Positions 55,328-64,000 of a stretch of DNA of 64,000 nt are shown here, in pieces; position 1 is the first letter of the stretch; every line of letters starts with the position of its first letter. The translations under genes and the position numbers were made by a program. This DNA comes from Bacteroidota bacterium (lineage in GTDB: Bacteria; Bacteroidota; Bacteroidia; Chitinophagales; BACL12): NCBI GenBank assembly GCA_016715425.1, contig JADKAC010000008.1, forward strand, positions 239,853 through 303,852, given 5' to 3'. The notes beneath the pieces were generated by a model. It saw only the letters and a list, made by a program, of their open reading frames with translations. It was not told the DNA's origin and made no database searches.

Positions 55328-57925
55328 ATGCAAAAGAAAATCGCACTCAGTCTTGTCATCGGTACTACTTTATTAACTCTGATTGTTTTAATGATTCTTG
55401 CAACCAGAAAAAAAGATACACAAGAAACAACATTGCCCGAGCCAACTGAAATTAATAAACAACAAAAGGAAGGGAATGAAAATAAAAAAGATCGTGAGGA
55501 ATGGATAAAAATTATGCATGCTGCTGCACCGGGAACTGATTGGAAAAAAATGGATGCAGAATTGCGTTTTCAAAAAATGCAGGAACGTGCAGAACAATAT
55601 AAATTAAAAGGTACTCGTGCAGGCGAATGGGATACACTTGCAAATGATAATCTCATCGGCAAATGGAATGAAGTAGGTCCCTTTAATGTAGCAGGTAGAA
55701 TGCGTGCATCCGAAGTAGATTTTACAACAAATACTGTATATGCATTTTCACAAGGTGGCAACTTATGGAAAAGCGATTTAGATGGTGCTAACTGGAGTGT
55801 AATTAATGATGGATTTAATGTGCAAGATGCAATTTTTTTACGCAAGATAGATACAATATTATTGATGGCTGCAAATAATTGGGGCACTCAAGGATTTTAT
55901 AAAACACATGATGAAGGTATTACATGGACACAAGCAACAGGACTGGATGATGTGTCTATATGGGGAAATATTTTTGATGTGGAAATGCTGAATGATACAG
56001 CACACACTATATTATTATTAGCATTGGAATGGGATTATGATGCTTGGGCATGGAACACTTGTTTGTATCGTTCCATTGATACAGGAACCACTTTTAATAA
56101 AATATTTTGTTGGGATGAAGCGACGTATGGTAACTCAAATAAATTCGCATTGTGGACTCCTCGTTATGGAATGCCGATAGCATATATCGCAGCAAAAGAT
56201 AGTTTATTAATGGTGGATGCGGATGCAACTATTACTACTGTTGGAGCACTGCCAACCACAACAGGAAATGTATATATGTTGAGCGGATTTCAAAATACAA
56301 CAGATACATATTTATACTTAGCTTCTGCAAATTGGACAACGAATAAAACTACTTTTTATCGCTCTGCGGATGCAGGTGTTTCATGGGATGAAAAAGGCAT
56401 AGTAAACTTTACTTATTTCAGTTTAAATAGTTTTAATGCCTCTCAAAAAACAGAAGGCAATTTATGGTATGGTGGCGTTAATTGTGTGAGAAGCAGTAAT
56501 GGAGGAACTACCTTTTCTACAATCAATGAATGGTATGATTACTATGGTCAAGAAGCGACAAAACTGCATGCGGATATTCCTTTTATTCAATCGTATTTAG
56601 ATACAATAACAAATGCTGAAACATTATTAATTAGTACCGATGGTGGTTTATTTAAATCTGCAAACTACGGAGTGAGTAATACAAATATTACTTTAGTTGG
56701 AATGCGCAATGCACAGTTTTATGATGTATATACTTATAAAGCTTTACCTGAAATAATGTATGCCGGTGCACAAGATCAGGGATACCAACAAAGCATTTAT
56801 GATATAGGTGGTAATTATTATTTCGAACAAATTTATAGTGGTGATTACGGACATCTTGTAAGCTCCGATGGCGGCGATAATTTATGGATGAATTACCCCG
56901 GATTTACAATGCTTGCAAAAAGTGGAGTTGACTTATATACCTGGGATTTTCTTGGCTATGGAAATTTATGGATACCTCCTTTAATGGCCGATCCGTTGAA
57001 CCCTGAACAAGTGTGGCTGGGTGGTGGAAGTGCAACTGGTGATTCTTATTTGTACAGAGTGTATTATACAGGTGGTGGATTAAACTATGAGAAAAAAACT
57101 TACAACTTTAGTGCAGGTAGTGCAGGTTCAATTGCCGCTATAGCATCATCAGAATTAAATACAGATTATTGGTATGTAATGACAAGTAAGGGTTACTTTT
57201 TTTATAGCACGGATGCAGGAGTTACATGGACAAAAAATTCCGTATTCGATGGTCCTGACAGTCATTACTTTTATGGTAGCAGTATTGTTCCTTCCAAAAC
57301 TGATTTAGGTACTGTTTATATTGGTGGAAGTGGTTACAGTAATCCCGCAGTTTACAAATCAACAGATAACGGTGTAAGCTTTACAAGTATGAGTGATGGA
57401 CTGCCATACACTTTAGTATATGATATGGATATTTTACCCGAGGATAGTTTATTATTTGCAGCAACAGAAGTGGGGCCTTATGTATATATACCTGCAGAAA
57501 ATTATTGGTATGATTTCGCAGGATTAGATGCGCCATATCAAGTGTATTGGAGTGTTGAATATGTAGATACAATTAAAACATTGCGATTCGGTACGCATGG
57601 TCGTGGAATTTTTGATTTTAAATTATTTGAAGAAGAAATTATAGAACCTCCGGTAGCAATTCAAAGTATTCCGACTAAAGATAATTTTACTGTTTATCCA
57701 AATCCTGCAACAGAGCAATTGCAAATAGTAAGTGAATTATATTTTCCTTCAGCAATTATTTCTGTGTTTAATGCAAGTGGTAAATTAGTAATGCAACAAC
57801 AAAATGTAGGATTAAATAAAAGTGTGCCTTATATATTATTATTAAATCAACTCAGTGCAGGGGTGTATTATTTAGAAGTGAATACGGGCAATAAAAAATC
57901 AGTTCAGAAATTTATTAAATCCTGA
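55328..57925 (+). CDS. T9SS cargo protein with BNR/Asp-box beta-propeller repeats and type-A tail
   Basis: N-terminal TM/signal anchor. Asp-box-like motifs THDEGITWTQ, SIDTGTTFNK, SADAGVSWDE, SSNGGTTFST, STDGGLFKS, STDAGVTWTK and STDNGVSFTS. Tail FTVYPNPATEQLQIV...GVYYLEV. Confidence 0.85.
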   Translation: MQKKIALSLVIGTTLLTLIVLMILATRKKDTQETTLPEPTEINKQQKEGNENKKDREEWIKIMHAAAPGTDWKKMDAELRFQKMQERAEQYKLKGTRAGEWDTLANDNLIGKWNEVGPFNVAGRMRASEVDFTTNTVYAFSQGGNLWKSDLDGANWSVINDGFNVQDAIFLRKIDTILLMAANNWGTQGFYKTHDEGITWTQATGLDDVSIWGNIFDVEMLNDTAHTILLLALEWDYDAWAWNTCLYRSIDTGTTFNKIFCWDEATYGNSNKFALWTPRYGMPIAYIAAKDSLLMVDADATITTVGALPTTTGNVYMLSGFQNTTDTYLYLASANWTTNKTTFYRSADAGVSWDEKGIVNFTYFSLNSFNASQKTEGNLWYGGVNCVRSSNGGTTFSTINEWYDYYGQEATKLHADIPFIQSYLDTITNAETLLISTDGGLFKSANYGVSNTNITLVGMRNAQFYDVYTYKALPEIMYAGAQDQGYQQSIYDIGGNYYFEQIYSGDYGHLVSSDGGDNLWMNYPGFTMLAKSGVDLYTWDFLGYGNLWIPPLMADPLNPEQVWLGGGSATGDSYLYRVYYTGGGLNYEKKTYNFSAGSAGSIAAIASSELNTDYWYVMTSKGYFFYSTDAGVTWTKNSVFDGPDSHYFYGSSIVPSKTDLGTVYIGGSGYSNPAVYKSTDNGVSFTSMSDGLPYTLVYDMDILPEDSLLFAATEVGPYVYIPAENYWYDFAGLDAPYQVYWSVEYVDTIKTLRFGTHGRGIFDFKLFEEEIIEPPVAIQSIPTKDNFTVYPNPATEQLQIVSELYFPSAIISVFNASGKLVMQQQNVGLNKSVPYILLLNQLSAGVYYLEVNTGNKKSVQKFIKS

Positions 57926-58401
57926 TGCTATATAAACTGTGTTTGTCAATTGTGTTTGCTGCAATGTTGAATTCAATTTCGCAAAGTCAAAATATTATTG
58001 ATACAAGTACAATTGATTTTAATAAGCCGTTAACCGGAGAATTTTTTCGCACTTATCCCCGACAGTTTTTAGATAGCAATAAGCAGTATATCGCCGATTA
58101 TTATTATGATTCTATTTACGATATACTATCGCAACTTCCGGATACTTGTATTATTGAAATTGGTGCACACACAAGTAGCGTTGGTACTTTGCAACGCAAC
58201 TTGAATGTTTCGCAAAAACGAGCAAATTTGTTTGGAAACTATTTAGTAACCATCTGTCAATTTCCTCAAAATAGATTAGTACCAAAAGGATATGGTGAAT
58301 CACAATTATTAAATCATTGTACGGACGAAGTGGAATGCACTCAAGAAGAACAAATGAAAAATGTGCGTATGGAATTTAAGATTATTGAAAAGAAAGAATA
58401 G
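57925..58401 (+). CDS. OmpA-like (peptidoglycan-associated) domain protein
   Basis: Signal peptide. IEIGAHTSSVGTLQRNLNVSQKRANLFGNYLV...VPKGYGESQ resembles the OmpA_C core, with AHTS in place of GHTD. Its ATG overlaps the upstream stop (TGATG). Confidence 0.7.
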   Translation: MLYKLCLSIVFAAMLNSISQSQNIIDTSTIDFNKPLTGEFFRTYPRQFLDSNKQYIADYYYDSIYDILSQLPDTCIIEIGAHTSSVGTLQRNLNVSQKRANLFGNYLVTICQFPQNRLVPKGYGESQLLNHCTDEVECTQEEQMKNVRMEFKIIEKKE

Positions 58402-58513
58402 ACTTTACAATTCATTTCTCCCAGAGTTACTTGAAGAGAACTCTGTAATAACATCAAAGCTTATGAGAATACTCACTACTCAATACCCGATACTCACTAC
58501 TCGATACTCTCTA

Positions 58514-61500
58514 CTATTCCACCATCACATTCTCTGTATGCAACAAAATATTTTCCTGATAACACTGCAATAAATAAATACCTGTACTGAAATTGTTGAG
58601 TGCAATTTTTTGTATTTCTCCGGCTAAAAATTCCTGCTCCGAAATTTTATTACCTATTAAATTATAAATAACTATGCGCACCGGAATTTGTGTTTCGGTG
58701 ATTGCAGTTAAGTCAATAAATAATTCGTTGGTAGTTGGGTTTGGAAAAACTTTTATTGCAGATGTAATTTCGGTATTTGCATAGCGCATATCTTCTTCCG
58801 TTTCTGCATCAAATACTTCGGGTATATCTATTTTGTTTATGAGTTGCAAAATATTTTCTGCTGCAACTCCTGATGGACTTTGTTTGCCGTGTAAAGATTC
58901 TATTATTGCTAATTCTTTTTCGGTTAATGAATCTAAATTTCTGCCATTGCTTTGCATGTTAATCAAAACTTCCATCAGTGATACAAAATCCTGTGTGGCA
59001 AGTTCATCTGTTGCCAATGTTTTTAATTGTGCATTTGCATTTTCAAAATCACCGGTTAGCATATACACTTCTACTAATCGCTGTTGTGCCCATTGTGCTT
59101 CTTCATTTTGTAATATGGCAATTGCTGAATCCGTTTTTTGTTCTGCAATATATAAGTCAACTGCTTCTGTAGTGTAATATTCTTTTTCTGCTTCAAAAAT
59201 ACTGAGGTCTTCTTCTAATTCTTCTACCGTTAATTCTGATGCAGAAAATGCAATAGCATCAATTTCAGATGTAATTGTATTTATTACATCTTCTATCTCT
59301 TCTGCCATACTCATCATCATAGATGCCGAACCGGAACCTTCGAGATAAGATGGACATGCATCACCTGCTGTGCTGTAAATATTACACTGATCTAAAGTGA
59401 CTTTAGTTGATTGATAATACATCGGATCTAAATCAATATGATGGCGATATATAAATGGCTCTGCGGCACTTAATACTCTTATATCTCCGTTCGGATCCAC
59501 CTCATTCGAAAAAACATTTCCGGCTGGCGCCTGCACTCTTTCAGCTAATGGATAAGATGCATTCAGGCATTTACCTTGATTTTCTAATTCGCCGCTTGTA
59601 ACGTAAATATTGAAGAAATAAATATTATCAAATATATTACACTTTAATTGGAGTCGTTTATTTATAGTTTGACTTCTGATTCCTGTTTCTAAATTTATAA
59701 AACTGTTTTTATAAATCTTTGTAACGGCATTTGAATTATTGCCTACATAAATTCCGGCATTATATGGTAAGGCAAGAATAAAGGTACCGATACCTTCAAA
59801 ACTATTTTCTTCCACTCTGTATCCTTCACTCTGTTCTAAATACACTCCATAATTATTCACTAATGCATGATCTGGGACATAATATGTATTTAGAAAAACA
59901 GAAGAATTTTCAACATTGCTTAATAACACACCTCGTTGATTATTATCAAATACATTATAGGTGATAGTAATATCTAAAGGCAGATAGCGTGTATTGGCTG
60001 CTTCAATTGCTCGGAAAAATCCCGTAAAATTAGAGTTATCATAATGTTCGCAAGGTGAATAGGGATCGGTGCAATAATTACTCACTTTGTATGTAGCATC
60101 TACAGAATAGATGGCTTCGCCTCTTTCGGTAACGTCTGTTTGTGCGATACCATTTGTAAAATCGCAACCTAGAAAATCTATGCCATCCACATCCCAAAGA
60201 AAAATTTGATAGTCAGAAATATCTTCAAACATATATGCATCATCCATACTGAAAGTGCAGTTTTTGAAATACGAAATATTATCATCATCCGTATCATATG
60301 CTCCGCCTACAGGATAATCATAAGGCATAAAACGAATTGCGAGTTGATTATTAATAAGTGAAGAAGATTCACCGATAATTATTCCACCACGAAATGCAGA
60401 TGCATCACCTTCGGGTGTAGATTTATAAGTGCTGATTGCAGTTTCTGCATTTATTATTCTGCTGTCGTTGTTTAAATACACCACTCCCTGATCATCGCTT
60501 GCTGATGGATAAGTTCCGTTTAAAACATTTGTAACTAATGGATGAGGTTTGGAAGTATTACCCCATACTTCAATACCAAGCCAGGGCTCGCAATAATTTA
60601 CAAGAATAGCACTATCTAAAATTAGAGCAGCACCACGCTCCACAATTATAGTATGCTCTTTAGGAATGCGGATTTCACAATTTTGAATGGTTAATCTGCC
60701 ACCGGGTTTTATTCGAATATCTCTGCCAATGTCATTGCTTTGCGACCATGTTATATCACCTGTTATTTCAAGTGCAGGAGCACCCGGGCGGCTGTAATAT
60801 GTACCGATGGGAAGTGGGGTTTCCCAAATGCCAAAACCGTAGGTACAAGCACGTAATGTCATGGTGCAATAATTTATTTCTAATTCATTCACACTACAAT
60901 AAGGCAGCTTATCCTCCGTATCATAACACTCCCATTGCTCTTCAGTTTTATTCCAAATGTAAACACCTACATCTGTTCCGGCAAAAATGATATCATCTGA
61001 ACCCTTTAAATATTCCAGACACAAAACAGGATTTGGTGGTAAGCCCTCAGAGCGATTAGTCCAGATATTTGTTGATTTATCATAAAAATATACTTTGCCC
61101 ACTTTAGCCAAAGCATCATCCTCTAATATATACTCCAAAATTTGACCATTACCTCCTTGTGTATTTCCACCAAAAGAAACCCAAATCTGATTAGGATTAT
61201 CACTATTTATTTCAAGGTCGCTTGCAAATGCCAAATCAAATTGATTTGAAATTCCATTTGATGGGTCTTCATCTTCATCAAAAAATGGGGTTATATCATT
61301 CCAAAAAAAATATTCATTGCCAATGAAACTCGGATCATACTCTTGATATACAATCTTCACCGGATCTGCATAAGGTGTACCTAACAATCTTTCTTTTTTA
61401 GTTACATAATAACATGCTGTTTTACCCGGTGAAGGATATTCTTCAACACATTTATAAGCCGTTAATACATTATTTGTAATTCGTTCGGAAGGGGGCAAAG

Positions 61501-63247
61501 TATTCCATTTATGAAAAGAATAAGTAATGGCTTCATATGAAGTAGATGTATTCACATAATCCGGGTACATAAAAACATCAGTAGTTCCATTCCATATACG
61601 ATCCTGATTATCAAAATTCAAAGGACGTAAAGCATAGTTATCAAGGGCAGAACCTTCATCAGCACCATCAGCTTTGGAATAAGTGATCGATTGTGTGACA
61701 TTAGTTGAAAAAGTATAACCTTTAGTATTAGCCGGATCTTTTGTACCGAAACTATTGGTAATTAAAACGCCTCTATCTACATCAGTTGTAGAAACAGCAC
61801 AATCGTAGCTATCACCACCTGGTCCCTGATAAAAAGTTGGATCATTTGGTAGTGTTGTAGATATCATTCTACGTTTTGAGTTTCCATCAACGGCAGTAGC
61901 TAAAACTCTTTCCTTTTCCAATTCGGAATTTCCGAATCCAACAAATTCCGTTATGGATAAACCTACACCATTAATATTATTCCAATCACTATCACTGTTT
62001 GTGTTTAATAAATCCTCTGCCATACTTACCCCACCGTCATGAGCTATGAAGCATATATACTTACCAGCACTAAAATCATATAGTGTTTTTACATCCCGAA
62101 CATCAGTATGGCAATTTGACCCAAAACCAGCGTAGTTACTGATTGAAGAAAAACTGAAATCGGAAGGTGTAGAAGGAATTGAAGCTCTTTGCATTCTATC
62201 TTGACTTTTGCCAATAAAGCATTGATCATTAGTAGTTGAGCCATCACCCGGTATTACTTCAAAATAGGAGATTACGCCGCTACTAAGTAAATCAGTGCTG
62301 ATAGAATAAGTAGAACCTGCATATGGTGTAGGCAAAGTAAGATCATAATGGGTTAAATAGTTATCATGTCCAACCTTAGTATTAGTTGCATCATAAATAT
62401 TAAATAGAAAAATTGTATAAGCCTTATTTGGTGTGGGTATGGAAGTCAATACAGTCATTTCATAATGACCATCAAGAGGCACAGTAGGTAAATGAGGAAT
62501 GTTAAAACTATACCAATGTTCACTGCCGTCCTTAGAATAAATATAGTCGAGATTTGAACCCTGTGATGGGCTCACAACAATAAATTCATCATTTCCAGGT
62601 ACCAGATCTACTTCTCCTATCCTGTGGTTATCATCAGTTGTGAATTCATCAAGGTCAGCAAAGACATATTCACCAACATAGGATGGTCTGCTTTCCCAGA
62701 AACCGCCGACATTCCTGCAAAATAATTTTTTGTTATTTCCTAACCAAACCTTATCTGATTCATCTTCAAGAAAAATTTCTGTTGTGAAATAATCACCATT
62801 AAGCTGATAATCCGACGGATAACTTTCTACTTCATTCCATACATACCCACCATCATCGGAATAAATAAGGCCTGCATTATAAATATTCAGATCTGAACCT
62901 GTAAAGGTTGAAACTGCATATAATATATCATAGGTATCTTCAAATCTTACTATGCCATCTACACCCAAAGCAGGTATACTGTAACCTGTTATATTGCTCC
63001 ATGTACCGCCTCCATCTGTTGTCCGCCATAAACCACTTGCACGGGTGCCAATAATTATATTATTTAAATCGCTTCTATCCGGTGAAATAGCAGCTACTCT
63101 TCCCATTACATTACCATCTATAAATTCAAATGGCCCCATTGCTTTCCAGTCAGAAGGGAATTCTGAATCAGTACAAGTTATAGTCTGAGACATAATATAA
63201 CACATGTTACAAACACATAGGATTAAAATGAATAAATAGCTTTTCAT
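58514..63247 (-). CDS. Giant (1577 aa) T9SS cargo protein: BNR-like propeller head, right-handed beta-helix-like middle, acidic alpha-helical region, and type-A tail
   Basis: Signal peptide. TTDGGGTWSN and SDDGGYVWNE Asp-boxes. Repetitive N-x-x-x-G(I/V) stretches (NNQRGVLLSNVENSSVFLNTYY...NNYGVYLEQSEGYRVEENSF...NAGIYVGNNSN). Helical region MAEEIEDVINTITSEIDAI...AQQRLVEVYMLTGDFENANAQLKTL. Tail IKVFPNPTTNELFIDL...GIYLLQC. Confidence 0.9.
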   Translation of the reverse strand: MKSYLFILILCVCNMCYIMSQTITCTDSEFPSDWKAMGPFEFIDGNVMGRVAAISPDRSDLNNIIIGTRASGLWRTTDGGGTWSNITGYSIPALGVDGIVRFEDTYDILYAVSTFTGSDLNIYNAGLIYSDDGGYVWNEVESYPSDYQLNGDYFTTEIFLEDESDKVWLGNNKKLFCRNVGGFWESRPSYVGEYVFADLDEFTTDDNHRIGEVDLVPGNDEFIVVSPSQGSNLDYIYSKDGSEHWYSFNIPHLPTVPLDGHYEMTVLTSIPTPNKAYTIFLFNIYDATNTKVGHDNYLTHYDLTLPTPYAGSTYSISTDLLSSGVISYFEVIPGDGSTTNDQCFIGKSQDRMQRASIPSTPSDFSFSSISNYAGFGSNCHTDVRDVKTLYDFSAGKYICFIAHDGGVSMAEDLLNTNSDSDWNNINGVGLSITEFVGFGNSELEKERVLATAVDGNSKRRMISTTLPNDPTFYQGPGGDSYDCAVSTTDVDRGVLITNSFGTKDPANTKGYTFSTNVTQSITYSKADGADEGSALDNYALRPLNFDNQDRIWNGTTDVFMYPDYVNTSTSYEAITYSFHKWNTLPPSERITNNVLTAYKCVEEYPSPGKTACYYVTKKERLLGTPYADPVKIVYQEYDPSFIGNEYFFWNDITPFFDEDEDPSNGISNQFDLAFASDLEINSDNPNQIWVSFGGNTQGGNGQILEYILEDDALAKVGKVYFYDKSTNIWTNRSEGLPPNPVLCLEYLKGSDDIIFAGTDVGVYIWNKTEEQWECYDTEDKLPYCSVNELEINYCTMTLRACTYGFGIWETPLPIGTYYSRPGAPALEITGDITWSQSNDIGRDIRIKPGGRLTIQNCEIRIPKEHTIIVERGAALILDSAILVNYCEPWLGIEVWGNTSKPHPLVTNVLNGTYPSASDDQGVVYLNNDSRIINAETAISTYKSTPEGDASAFRGGIIIGESSSLINNQLAIRFMPYDYPVGGAYDTDDDNISYFKNCTFSMDDAYMFEDISDYQIFLWDVDGIDFLGCDFTNGIAQTDVTERGEAIYSVDATYKVSNYCTDPYSPCEHYDNSNFTGFFRAIEAANTRYLPLDITITYNVFDNNQRGVLLSNVENSSVFLNTYYVPDHALVNNYGVYLEQSEGYRVEENSFEGIGTFILALPYNAGIYVGNNSNAVTKIYKNSFINLETGIRSQTINKRLQLKCNIFDNIYFFNIYVTSGELENQGKCLNASYPLAERVQAPAGNVFSNEVDPNGDIRVLSAAEPFIYRHHIDLDPMYYQSTKVTLDQCNIYSTAGDACPSYLEGSGSASMMMSMAEEIEDVINTITSEIDAIAFSASELTVEELEEDLSIFEAEKEYYTTEAVDLYIAEQKTDSAIAILQNEEAQWAQQRLVEVYMLTGDFENANAQLKTLATDELATQDFVSLMEVLINMQSNGRNLDSLTEKELAIIESLHGKQSPSGVAAENILQLINKIDIPEVFDAETEEDMRYANTEITSAIKVFPNPTTNELFIDLTAITETQIPVRIVIYNLIGNKISEQEFLAGEIQKIALNNFSTGIYLLQCYQENILLHTENVMVE

Positions 63248-63258
63248 ATCTTTTATTT

Positions 63259-64000
63259 TTAATGTTGAATGACAATTTTTTTATATTGTAAAAACTCATT
63301 GCAATATACAAGTACCATATATAAACCAGGTGCAAGGTTTGAAACATCCATAGAATAGGTATAATTAAATTCTGCTTCTGCTAACTTTCTGCCTTTCATA
63401 TCTATGAGCACAACATAATTATTATAACATGGCGAAATATCTTGATTCATAGTTATTGTAATTTGATGTTGGGTTGGATTGGGATATACTGTGAAAAAAT
63501 CTGGTGTTATTGAAGGCTCTTGAACAGAAACAGTATTCAAATCAAAGCGAACTATCCATGAATCAGTGTAACCCGACGATAAACTTGGAAAGCCACATTC
63601 AATGTCCATATCAGGAAAGCTATCAGGCACAACACAACTTATGAAGCAAGTAATATAATTTTCATCCACAATCAAATTGCCTAGTAATGTACTTACATCA
63701 CTTTTGTTATTATTGAATTTACCTCCAAAGTTGCGGCTCCATAGCAGATTGAAATTATGATCTGTAGCCATGAGCCAATAGTCGTTATAGGCTCCATCAT
63801 TATAGTTTCCGGGCAGGTCACCATCAGGGCTGTAACTGTACCCTAACAAATAATAATTACCTGCTTCGTCAGCAACTACTCTTAACAATGCATCATTTTT
63901 ACTACCTCCGAAATTTTTGATTGTATTGAAATGAAGTGAATCATCTAATACTGCAATTACACCATCTTCCATTCCAAAACTTTCTACATAGTTGCTACTA
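63259..64000 (-). CDS. T9SS cargo protein, C-terminal part (frame stays open to the window edge; the real start is probably upstream of 64000)
   Basis: The frame upstream of the track's Met (63972) continues without a stop to 63999 (..SSNYVESFG-MEDGV). SBBP-like repeat DEAGNYYLLGYSYSPDGDLPG. Tail FTVYPNPTQHQITIT...GLYMVLV. Confidence 0.8.
   Translation of the reverse strand, partial: SSNYVESFGMEDGVIAVLDDSLHFNTIKNFGGSKNDALLRVVADEAGNYYLLGYSYSPDGDLPGNYNDGAYNDYWLMATDHNFNLLWSRNFGGKFNNNKSDVSTLLGNLIVDENYITCFISCVVPDSFPDMDIECGFPSLSSGYTDSWIVRFDLNTVSVQEPSITPDFFTVYPNPTQHQITITMNQDISPCYNNYVVLIDMKGRKLAEAEFNYTYSMDVSNLAPGLYMVLVYCNEFLQYKKIVIQH

Noticed and set aside
58833-59177. 114-aa plus-strand ORF inside the 1577-aa gene region
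   Set aside because: It is antisense to the helical region of a long intact ORF that ends in a recognisable T9SS tail. Its Cys/Ser/Phe-rich composition is typical of the antisense of Glu/Ala-rich coding sequence.

Overview
The window is an AT-rich chromosomal segment that looks like Bacteroidota. Supporting signs are nine proteins with T9SS C-terminal sorting tails (seven type A, two CHU_C/type B), TAnnTTTG-type -7 boxes close to several starts, and no obvious Shine-Dalgarno usage. I can support about 50 protein genes, one tRNA-Ser(GGA), eight hairpin terminators (six of them clean rho-independent) and three blocks of intragenic tandem repeats. Housekeeping genes are hpt, gltX, cdsA, psd, anmK, ugd plus UDP-xylose synthase, exbB-exbD-exbD, crcB, tatD, a tRNA methyltransferase, two USPs and a PafA-like phosphatase. 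These are interleaved with very large, repeat-built secreted proteins, which take about 25 of the 64 kb. I saw no transposase, integrase, CRISPR array, rRNA, phage genes or recognisable defence genes, and I cannot point to an obvious new multi-gene machine. The best candidates for something undescribed are four. (1) A split propeller/Y_Y_Y histidine kinase and NarL-type regulator sit directly upstream of a 1512-aa PPCx5/Ig-like x11 T9SS cargo protein, with a perfect 16-bp palindrome between kinase and regulator. (2) A secreted two-gene, three-barrel amidohydrolase set has only one barrel retaining the HxH metal motif. (3) A BNR-propeller cargo gene is translationally coupled to an OmpA-like gene, opposite a 1577-aa propeller/beta-helix/acidic-helical cargo protein. 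(4) A hyper-acidic poly-Asp protein lies immediately downstream of gltX. All functional calls come from motifs read by eye; no database search was possible.
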